This document shows positions 1-8,071 of a stretch of 32,000 nucleotides of DNA, one piece after another. The position numbers were made by a program, and so were the translations under genes. Source of the stretch: an uncultured archaeon (GTDB lineage: Archaea > Asgardarchaeota > Jordiarchaeia > Jordiarchaeales > Jordiarchaeaceae); the NCBI GenBank assembly GCA_964510585.1, contig CAZECW010000114.1, positions 1-32,000 on the forward strand, in the 5' to 3' direction. Under the pieces are notes generated by a model. It was not told the DNA's origin, did not search any database, and was given only the letters and a program-made list of their open reading frames with translations. How positions within the stretch are numbered: position 1 is the stretch's first letter; every line of letters begins with the position of its first letter.

Positions 1-455
1 AGGCTTACGAAGCCTGAAGCCCCCCTTTTTCTGAGCAAACGGTACATGTACTTGTACTCGTACTTAACCCCGTAACCCATGCTTATGTGAATCATAACCA
101 GCTTCGTGTTCCAAAGATCGTAGTCATAGCCGAACTCCCGGGGACTCTTCTCCAGATCCTTCTCCAATCTCTTCCACTCCTCATCAGAGAGTTTAGACGG
201 CCTGCCGGGCGATTTCTCAGGCTTAAGGGCCTCAAATCCACCCTCATTCCAGAGGTTTATCCAGTTCCTCACGGTTCTCACCTCTACACCAAGATGCTCG
301 GCGACATCCTCGATCCTCAGACCAGCCGCAAAGAGCTGCAGTCCCTCAAGGCGTCTCAACCACGCCCGGTCCCCAGTCTTCAGAGCACGGTCTATCAACA
401 CACGCAGCTCCTCCAAGTCCACGTTCCTTTCAAGCTTCAACCTGGGTCTAGCCAC
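1..455 (-). CDS. IS630-family transposase, N-terminal HTH region (partial, runs off the window edge; apparent frameshift near 21-30)
   Basis: Manual translation from GTG at 455 (GGTGGT RBS upstream): MARPRLKLERNVDLEELRVLIDRALKTGDRAWLRRLEGLQLFAAGLRIEDVAEHLGVEVRTVRNWINLWNEGGFEALKPEKSPGRPSKLSDEEWKRLEKDLEKSPREFGYDYDLWNTKLV...YRLLRKRG. The HTH, GRP-x-KL, P-x-x-FG-Y..W and RLL..G pattern is typical of IS630 N-termini. Confidence 0.9.
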   Translation of the reverse strand, partial: MARPRLKLERNVDLEELRVLIDRALKTGDRAWLRRLEGLQLFAAGLRIEDVAEHLGVEVRTVRNWINLWNEGGFEALKPEKSPGRPSKLSDEEWKRLEKDLEKSPREFGYDYDLWNTKLVMIHISMGYGVKYEYKYMYRLLRKRGASGFVS

Positions 456-540
456 TCAACCACCACCAACACACAACAAACATCACAACAATAATTACGA
501 CAAACATATATAAAGGAATTTCTTTAAGAGAAAGTCTATA
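1..540 (-). mobile_element. IS630-family insertion sequence, one end plus the 5' part of its transposase; the rest lies outside the window
   Basis: Minus-strand transposase ORF, a TATA box (TTTATATA, 514-507), and an abrupt junction at a TA dinucleotide (about 537-540) exactly where the neighbouring dehydrogenase ORF stops. IS630 elements insert at TA. The exact end cannot be fixed without the other terminus. Confidence 0.8.
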
Positions 541-1084
541 TTGGCCTTTTACCTAGCCTCTCCATTAAATCCTTGGCAAATGTGACCACGTCCTTGGATG
601 TCTTTGGCCCGGGAACCACCTCAACTAGGGGGATTATGTGTGGCGGGGCAAACCAGTGGGTTATGATCAGTCTTTCGGGTTTTTTGATCTCTGCAATGCT
701 GAATATATCTAACCCTGAGGTGTTGCTGGCCAAAACGATGTCTTCCGAGCACAGTTCATCGAGTTGAGCGAATACCTTTTTCTTTACCTCGGCGACTTCG
801 GATACCACTTCAATTGCAAAGTCTGCTCCCTGAGCCCCGTCAGCTAGGCTGGTTGTGGGGTGAATGTGTTTAAGAATGGTGGAAATCTTGTTTCTGGGTA
901 CACGTTTAAACTCCGCCAGGATACCTAGATTGGACTTTATTAGGTTAGTGGCGCGTTCCAGAATCTTTTCATTTAAATCTACAAGGCTAACCTCAATTCC
1001 AGCTTGGGCAAAAACCTGTGCAATAGAGTGCCCCATTACACCGGCACCAACAACTAGAGCCTTCCTAATATTTTTCACATCCAT
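536..1084 (-). pseudogene. 3-hydroxyacyl-CoA dehydrogenase family protein, truncated after the NAD-binding domain by the IS630 insertion
   Basis: GAGVMG Rossmann motif, E-x-x-x-x-K, SNTSG and HWFAPPHIIPLVE are present. The ORF ends at LGKRPI*, where homologues (including the neighbour) continue into the C-terminal dimerisation domain. Likely start is ATG 1084 (MDVKNIRK). Confidence 0.8.
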
Positions 1085-1233
1085 AACACATCTTTCCCTG
1101 ACCAATCCATAAAAGGAGGGGAGCCTAGAAGCCCAGACAAATTCATTTATTTCCACTTTTCCATTTTAATGTTTTTAAAGAGGGGGAGAGGATGGATTTC
1201 ACTTCCTAACGCCTTCAAAGTAGCGTTGTAATA

Positions 1234-2145
1234 TTATTTCTTCTTGGGCTTGATAAACTCTGGAGATGTGAAGTCGAGAGGGCCCTTCCAGTCATAGAAG
1301 CCCTTGCCAGACTTCAATCCCAGCTCTCCCCTATCGATCATGTCTTTTAGAGCTTTTGGTGGTTTGTCGTCGGGGTTGCCGCTCTCATTATAGTAGGACA
1401 TTTCAATATCGTAGACCACATCCAGACCTACTGCGTCCATTAATGCGAATGGTCCCATGTTCATGCCTGTGAATATTCTCCATGCTCGGTCAACATCCCT
1501 GAAGTCTGCATATCCTCCAGCCCAGATTTTCAGGCACTCCTTTTTCACTGCCCGCCACACTCTATTGAACACAAAGCCCAGGCACTCCTTCTTAACCACT
1601 AGAGGAACACAGTCTATGCTTTCAATCCAAGCCTTACCCATCTCGAATGTTTCGTCACTAGTTTTGGTTCCCCTCATGATGTCCACCATGGGTCTCTGGT
1701 ATATGGGGGCGTAGAAGTGGATGTTCAGCACCTTATCTTTTCGCTTAACCGCACCCTCTATTTTTGAAACTGGAATTGAGGAACTATTAGTGGCAATGAT
1801 TGCGTGGGGTGGGGCTAACCTATCTATCTCTGCGAAAACTTTCTTCTTCAACTCTAAATCCTCGGGCACTGCCTCTATTATTAGGTCCGCATCTCTCACT
1901 GATTCAGCGAGTTTATCGTGATAAGTGATTTTCTCAAGAATTCCTTTCAGCTTTCCTTTGTCTTCCGGCGACATGAAGGTGAGTTCAACTGTCTGGGTCA
2001 CAAATTCCTTTGCAGCCTTGAGGGCCTCGGGGCTAACATCATAAATGCGTACAGCATAACCCTTGGTTGCAACCCAAGCAGAAATCTGTTTTCCCATCCA
2101 TCCAGCACCAATCATAGCAACTACTTTAATCTCCTTACTCAACAT
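1234..2145 (-). CDS. 3-hydroxyacyl-CoA dehydrogenase family protein (full length)
   Basis: GAGWMG, EAVPEDLELKK, TNSSS, GFVFNR, MGPF, D-x-VGLDV and G-x-LG-x-KSGKGFY motifs. Confidence 0.93.
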   Translation of the reverse strand: MLSKEIKVVAMIGAGWMGKQISAWVATKGYAVRIYDVSPEALKAAKEFVTQTVELTFMSPEDKGKLKGILEKITYHDKLAESVRDADLIIEAVPEDLELKKKVFAEIDRLAPPHAIIATNSSSIPVSKIEGAVKRKDKVLNIHFYAPIYQRPMVDIMRGTKTSDETFEMGKAWIESIDCVPLVVKKECLGFVFNRVWRAVKKECLKIWAGGYADFRDVDRAWRIFTGMNMGPFALMDAVGLDVVYDIEMSYYNESGNPDDKPPKALKDMIDRGELGLKSGKGFYDWKGPLDFTSPEFIKPKKK

Positions 2146-2327
2146 TTCAGCCTCCCATAATCTTTTGAGTTAACAATTTTGTATTGCGAGCTATTCACAA
2201 GCCGCTCAGTCCAGCTAGTATTAAGATGGATGTTAAGAGAATTTAAATGTTGACATTTATTTTGTGATATCAATTAGCATTAAATCCTTCAATCTGTTCC
2301 ATATGCTCATTCATTGTTTATAAGGTG

Positions 2328-2345
2328 ACCTTTTTATAAAAAGGT
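2328..2345. promoter_or_regulatory. Perfect 18-bp palindrome ACCTTTTTATAAAAAGGT in a divergent intergenic region
   Basis: Read directly from the sequence. It contains a TATA-like TTTATAAA in both directions and overlaps a second palindrome, AAGGTGACCTT (2322-2332). Function is inferred. Confidence 0.5.
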
Positions 2346-2565
2346 TAGAAGCTTATTTGTGGGTTAAAGTTATTAGCCTAGCTTTTAACGTGGAAGGTCA
2401 TCATAGCGGAAATAGTGATCTCTCTATTTTAGTGCGAAAATGCTTTAATATGCTGGCGGGTTAAACTGATGAGAAGATAAATAAGTATGTGCCATTTTTA
2501 TTAGTTAGGTATTTTAATCTAGTTCTGGACTGTTCTTAGGCTGGATTTTTAGTTGCCTAAATGAG

Positions 2566-4311
2566 GTGGTGAAACTGGCCGCAACACTAACTACCCGTCC
2601 AGCGTCGATTTTGTCTAGGGATCGTGTTAGACATGAGGAGGCTAGAAGAACAAGCATTATGGTTGCGACCGTGATTTCCGAAATTCTGAAAACGATGCTG
2701 GGACCTAAGGGAATGAACAAAATGCTGGTGACCGCTACGGGGGATGTGGTGATTACAAGTGAGGGAAAGACAACATTGGAGAAATTAAATGTTACACACC
2801 CTATAGCTAGAATTCTCATAGATGTTGCGAAGACACAGTATACCATTGCTGGTGATGGAACGAAGACCGTAGTAATTCTTGCAGCTGAACTGCTCAAGGA
2901 AGCAGGTAAGTTGCTGGATCAAAATATTCATCCCACAGTTATAATTAGGGGATACGAAGAGGCTACTAGGAAGACTTTGGAGATTTTAGAACGCCTGTCG
3001 AAACCAGTGTCCATCGAAGACGATGAAGTATTGAAAAATGTTGCGCGAATGGTTATGGGAAGCAGAATATCTACAGATTTGCAGAACCGTCTTGCTGACA
3101 TAGTTGTTATTGCTGCTAAACGTGTTGCGGAGGAGAATTTGGGCAAAATAGTTGTAAATGTAGATAATGTTGACTTCACTAAAAAAGGCGGAGGAAGCCT
3201 GAACGATTTGGAACTAATAAATGGATTAATCGTATATAAAGGAAGACCTCATCCAAGAATGCCTTGTAAGGTTAAGAGTGCCAAAATTGCTCTGCTTAAC
3301 AGCTCACTTGAACCCTTCACACGAAAAGGCATGGATTGGAGGAAAGAGTATTTAATTAAGACACCGGAGCAACTGAAAGAATTCATTGATAAGGAGAAGG
3401 AAGTTAACAAGAGAATTGTGGAGAACGTTAAACGTGTTGGCGCACGGGTTTTATTCTGCCGTAAGCGTATTAGTGAATCGATAATCAGCTTCTTTGCCGA
3501 GGAGGGAATAATGGCTCTGGACATGACTGGAGAGAAAGATATGGCAAGATTGGAGAAGGCCACGGGGGCCAAAATCGTGTCAAACATAAACGAGTTAAAC
3601 GAAAAAGACCTAGGCGAAGCTGGTTTGGTGGAGTTTAGAAAAATCTCAGGTGACGAGATGCTTTTTATTGATCACTGCAAAAACCCGAAGGCAACCTCAA
3701 TCCTAATCCGAGGGGGAACAGAGCATGCAGTAGAGGAATTAGAGAGGATTATTAAAGCCAGCCTTAAAGCTGTGGCTGTTACAATTGAGTGCGGAAAAAT
3801 CATCGCGGGTGGCGGAGCCATAGAAATGGAGGTTGCTGGAAAGTTAAGAGACTTTTCAAGAATATTTAAGGGAAGGGAACAGCTGGCAATAGAAGCCTTT
3901 GCGTCTGCCATGGAAGCTATTCCGAAAACCCTCGCAACCAATGCTGGGCTAGAACCGATTAATGTTTTGGTGGAGTTAAGATCCAGACACGCTAAGGGTT
4001 ATACAAACCTGGGAGTCAACACGGTAAAAAGGGAAGTTGAAGATGTGGTGGAGAGAGGATTGGTGGAGGCGTACAAAGTCAAACAGCATGCATTTAAAGC
4101 CGCAAGCGAAACTGCCAACGCCATTTTAAGGATTGACGATTTTATCAACGTCACGAGACAAAAAGAAAGGGAAGAAGAGGAGAAAAGACTGGCAATGGAA
4201 CGAAAAAGAATCATGGATGAAAAGATTAGAAAATTATTGGAGAAAGAGGAGGAGTTGAAACAGATAGATAAGAGCCTGACGGAAAGAATGATGCATCCAG
4301 AAACCATATAA
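2566..4311 (+). CDS. ths: Group II chaperonin (thermosome) subunit, divergent paralog
   Basis: LGPKGMNKML, HPIA, GDGT, IRGGTEH, GGGA-x-E, EQLAI, IP-x-TLA-x-NAG and ILRIDD all match the TCP-1/thermosome fold. GAGGT RBS precedes the start (2566 or 2569). Confidence 0.95.
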   Translation: MVKLAATLTTRPASILSRDRVRHEEARRTSIMVATVISEILKTMLGPKGMNKMLVTATGDVVITSEGKTTLEKLNVTHPIARILIDVAKTQYTIAGDGTKTVVILAAELLKEAGKLLDQNIHPTVIIRGYEEATRKTLEILERLSKPVSIEDDEVLKNVARMVMGSRISTDLQNRLADIVVIAAKRVAEENLGKIVVNVDNVDFTKKGGGSLNDLELINGLIVYKGRPHPRMPCKVKSAKIALLNSSLEPFTRKGMDWRKEYLIKTPEQLKEFIDKEKEVNKRIVENVKRVGARVLFCRKRISESIISFFAEEGIMALDMTGEKDMARLEKATGAKIVSNINELNEKDLGEAGLVEFRKISGDEMLFIDHCKNPKATSILIRGGTEHAVEELERIIKASLKAVAVTIECGKIIAGGGAIEMEVAGKLRDFSRIFKGREQLAIEAFASAMEAIPKTLATNAGLEPINVLVELRSRHAKGYTNLGVNTVKREVEDVVERGLVEAYKVKQHAFKAASETANAILRIDDFINVTRQKEREEEEKRLAMERKRIMDEKIRKLLEKEEELKQIDKSLTERMMHPETI

Positions 4312-4544
4312 AAAGTAGCCAAACAAGGTAAAGCTCCCAATTTTATGGTAGAAAATTATTCACAACTAGACGAAGAATAAATAAAAGAACTGAGACTAAC
4401 ATCAGCTCTATTTATCTCTCATTTTGGTAAGTGCCTCGGCATTTTTCAGAAGCGATGGTTATACTTGAGGCGCAATCGTTCACGTCTCCATCTTTTACAA
4501 ATATATAGATATTCCAAACAAAAAAGAGGGGAAGGTGTGGGTTT

Positions 4545-6095
4545 TTAGAATAGCTCGTCCATATTTACCCACTTGGGATAGTACTGATAATATTCTAGCG
4601 GGTGGGCTTTCTTAAGGCCGGCGTAGGTGGCATTCGCCAGTTTAATGACCCCTCTCCGGTCTCTGCTTAGGACCGCGAGCTTCTTTTCCTCAAGCTCCAT
4701 AAGAACTTCGTCGAGTTCTTCCTCTGTTCCCTTCAAATACATTAAAAGGTCTTCGCGAGACATGTACAACCCAGGGTTTACGCGGTAGTTCTCGGCAAGT
4801 ACCTGGAGTACGTTTTCCTCAGTTATTTTCATTTTTTCTGAGTCGGGAACCTTGTCGAAGTGGTCGATGGGAACCTTGAGTTCCGGATGAATAACTCTCC
4901 GTGGAGGCTTTATCTCATTTTCCATAAGCCTTGTGCCAAAACGGTAGAGAATCATACGCATAACTTCACTAGTCCCGGCGGCAATCTCAGTTACTTTAGA
5001 GGCTCTATATGCTGCTTCAACTGGATAAAAGCGTGTCCAACCGTCTCCACCCATTACTTGCATGGCGTTGGCTGAGGTCCACACGTAGGATTCAGATGTC
5101 ATAAGTTTTGCTGCTGTGGCTTCTATTACTGGTCCGTAGGGGCCCCCTCCTCCAATGTCTAGGAGGTGTGCCGCGTAGTAGACGAGTAGTCTGCAGGTTT
5201 TGAGGCGCATTATCATGTCCGCTATCTTGAACTGGTTGGTTTGGGCCAGCATTGTGGGCTGGTCGAATTGGACTCTTCTTTGTGAGTGGAAGTGAGCAAA
5301 TCTTATTGATTCCTTCATTTGGCCTAGTAGTTGGGATGAAGCTATGGTTCTCTCCACATTTAAGCCTGACATCATAATCGTCCAGCCGTCTCCTTCTCCA
5401 GCTAAGCGGTTTCCTACTGGTACCTTTACCTCGTCTAGGTTGAGATACCCGTTAAGTAATCCGTCTCCTCCACATAGTTCGTTTATCTTTTCCACCGTGA
5501 ATCCTTTCATACCTTTTTCGACAATGAATGCGGTTAGATGTCTGTTTGCCGCTCTGTCTTTGGGGTCTTGGCTGGTTCTAGCATATAACATGTATATATC
5601 TGCGATTCCCAGACCTGTGGTGAATCTTTTCTTACCATTGATTATATAATAATCTCCCTCCAGCTTAGCCTCTGTCGCCACCGCAGCTGCATCTGAACCT
5701 ACTGGTGGTTCGGTTATGCATATTGCGCCTATTTTTTCGCCGGTTGCCATTGCGGGTAACCATTTCTCACGCTGCTCATCGGTTCCAAAGGTTTCAATCT
5801 GGTGGACTCCCCCGAACTGGGATCCTCCATATATTGTTCCTACTACTCCCAGTCTTGATATTCCCTCGTTTATTATGCAGGCACCTGTTATTGCTAATTC
5901 CTCCCGCAGTCCCCCATACTTTTTGGGGATTAGTGCTCCGAACCATCCTTTTTCTTTTACGGCGTTTATAACTTTCCAGGGAGTTTGTTTCCTCCAAGCG
6001 GCTTCTTCGGCGTCTGGGTAGTATTGGTCTGCGAAGGCTTCTACCTCATCCGCAAGCTTCTTTTGAGTTTCGTTCCACCAAGGGAATTTGTCCAT
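4545..6095 (-). CDS. Acyl-CoA dehydrogenase (isovaleryl-CoA dehydrogenase-like active site) with a C-terminal extension of about 130 aa containing a winged-helix-like domain
   Basis: ITEP-x-x-GSD, NGKKRFTT, GF..G, LN-x-ER, RVQF, QFKIADM, MQVMGG-x-G and EIAAGTSEV motifs; the extra C-terminal region lies at about 4930-4548. Confidence 0.92.
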   Translation of the reverse strand: MDKFPWWNETQKKLADEVEAFADQYYPDAEEAAWRKQTPWKVINAVKEKGWFGALIPKKYGGLREELAITGACIINEGISRLGVVGTIYGGSQFGGVHQIETFGTDEQREKWLPAMATGEKIGAICITEPPVGSDAAAVATEAKLEGDYYIINGKKRFTTGLGIADIYMLYARTSQDPKDRAANRHLTAFIVEKGMKGFTVEKINELCGGDGLLNGYLNLDEVKVPVGNRLAGEGDGWTIMMSGLNVERTIASSQLLGQMKESIRFAHFHSQRRVQFDQPTMLAQTNQFKIADMIMRLKTCRLLVYYAAHLLDIGGGGPYGPVIEATAAKLMTSESYVWTSANAMQVMGGDGWTRFYPVEAAYRASKVTEIAAGTSEVMRMILYRFGTRLMENEIKPPRRVIHPELKVPIDHFDKVPDSEKMKITEENVLQVLAENYRVNPGLYMSREDLLMYLKGTEEELDEVLMELEEKKLAVLSRDRRGVIKLANATYAGLKKAHPLEYYQYYPKWVNMDELF

Positions 6096-6328
6096 AAATA
6101 TTTCCTCCAGAAAGGATTTAATTCAATTTTGATCATCAAACATATTAGTCTTCCTATAGATTAGGATAAAAAGAGGGATTTGTGGTGTTTCCTAGGGAGC
6201 GAATATTATTTTTAAATTATCTATATAAACGATTAGAGGGGATAGGAGATTTTATTTTTAGGGAGTTGGCATAATTCTTTTTATATTATAATGTGTATAA
6301 CAAGTTTAAGATCAGGAGGCTCAAATTT

Positions 6329-8029
6329 ATGGTTACTGTAAAGGGAAATAGGGCAATTGTAGATGCACTTGTAGAAAATGATGTGGAATATGTATTCGGG
6401 ATTTGCGGCACTTCCGTTGCTGGATTTTTATCTGCGCTGAGCACTGAGAATCGCATAAAATATGTGGTTGCACGTCATGAACGGTGCGCAGGTAGTATGG
6501 CTGATGGTTACGCTCGTGCCAGTGGAAGGGTCGGCGTTTGCCAGATGCATTCTGGCCCTGGAACGTTAAACGGTGTGCTTAGTATAGTCGACGCCTATAG
6601 GGATTCCTCCCCAGTCGTTCTACTCGCAGGCCAAGTGGAGAGGAAACTTATTGGACGTGAAATCTTCGGTGAGGCTAACCAGTTTGCGGTTCTTAAGCCT
6701 TATACCAAGTCCTGTCAACGCATTGGGCGTGTAAGTGACATTCCGAGGATTATCAATAATGCTTTTTACTTGGCGAGAGCGGGTAGACCGGGCCCGGTTA
6801 TGGTGGAGATGCCTGAGGACATATACAATGAGGAAGGTGAGGTGGAGCCAGACTTTAAAATTAGAGTTGATTCACAAATAGTTTCTCCCTCAATCATTGA
6901 GGAAGCAACGGATAGATTGATAGAAGCTGAAAAACCAGTCATTTTGGCTGGGGGAGGAGTAATATGGTCTAATGCTTCAGAGGAGCTTAAAACCATATCG
7001 GAAATGCTTCAGATACCTGTAACAACAACCCAGAATGGTAGAGGATGCTTCCCAGAGGATCACCCCTTGGCGTTGGGTGTAAGCGGCTGGTGTGGAGGAA
7101 TCAGTGTGGCTGACGACGCTCTGGAAGAGGCTGATGTCGTCCTTGCAGTGGGATGTACTATTTCTTCCCTGACCACCTACAACTTTACAACCCCAATAAA
7201 GGGGGATATCATCCAAATCAATATTGATCCAGCATCGATAGGTCAAAATTATCACTGTGACTATGGCATTGTGGGAGACGCGAAAACAGTGCTTTTGGAA
7301 ATGATAAAAATCCTCGATTCTAGGGGAGCGGTGAAAAAGTCATCCTCAAGGGCAGAAGAGATAAAAAAGAAGAAGGAGGAGTGGAACGCTATCTGGGGAG
7401 CAGATATAAATTCAGAAAGTGTGCCTGTGAAACCTCAGCGTTTACTTCGGGACGTACAAAAAACTATTCCCAAAAAGTCCATAATTGTCTCTGGAGCTGG
7501 GCTTCATCGCTTATTCATAACTGCTTATACAAAGACAATTTACCCCAGAACCTTCATTGGCTCGGTTAATCTGGGAGCTATGGGTTTCGCGTTCCCCGCT
7601 GCGATAGGTGCAAAGGCCGCTAAACCCGAAGAACCGGTGGTTTGTCTGGTGGGGGACGGAGACTTTATGATGACCATCATGGACTTAGAAACCGCTGTGA
7701 GATGTGGCTTCAACGTGGTAACAATTATTATGAATAACAACTGTTACGCTGCGCCCAAAATGTTTCAAAAGGTAAACTTCGGAACAGATTTTGGCAACGA
7801 TTACACTAACCCAGATTTTGCCAGAGTAGCCGAGAACTTCGGGGCATGTGGTTGGACTGTGGAGAAACCAGGCGAGATTGCCGATACTGTGAAAAGCGCA
7901 TTGGACTGTGGAAAACCAGCAGTAATAGACGTAAAAATAGACCCCGCAGCATTTCCGCCATTAAACCTAAAAGCAAGTTCAAGACTAAGGGGCATAGATG
8001 CAGAAAAGGCCACAAGAGGAGTACGCTGA
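6329..8029 (+). CDS. ThDP-dependent enzyme, acetolactate synthase large subunit superfamily (probably not a true AHAS)
   Basis: RHE catalytic Glu, SGPG, GRPGPV, GAMG and the GDG...NN ThDP-Mg motif. Start reassigned to ATG 6329, which follows an AGGAGG RBS. Confidence 0.9.
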   Translation: MVTVKGNRAIVDALVENDVEYVFGICGTSVAGFLSALSTENRIKYVVARHERCAGSMADGYARASGRVGVCQMHSGPGTLNGVLSIVDAYRDSSPVVLLAGQVERKLIGREIFGEANQFAVLKPYTKSCQRIGRVSDIPRIINNAFYLARAGRPGPVMVEMPEDIYNEEGEVEPDFKIRVDSQIVSPSIIEEATDRLIEAEKPVILAGGGVIWSNASEELKTISEMLQIPVTTTQNGRGCFPEDHPLALGVSGWCGGISVADDALEEADVVLAVGCTISSLTTYNFTTPIKGDIIQINIDPASIGQNYHCDYGIVGDAKTVLLEMIKILDSRGAVKKSSSRAEEIKKKKEEWNAIWGADINSESVPVKPQRLLRDVQKTIPKKSIIVSGAGLHRLFITAYTKTIYPRTFIGSVNLGAMGFAFPAAIGAKAAKPEEPVVCLVGDGDFMMTIMDLETAVRCGFNVVTIIMNNNCYAAPKMFQKVNFGTDFGNDYTNPDFARVAENFGACGWTVEKPGEIADTVKSALDCGKPAVIDVKIDPAAFPPLNLKASSRLRGIDAEKATRGVR

Positions 8030-8071
8030 TAACTCAATTTTACCTTAAAGGGATGAGAGGTGAGGCAGTTA

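Noticed and set aside
87-494. 135-aa plus-strand ORF
   Set aside because: Antisense shadow of the IS630 transposase; low-complexity Q/T/S end and no motifs.
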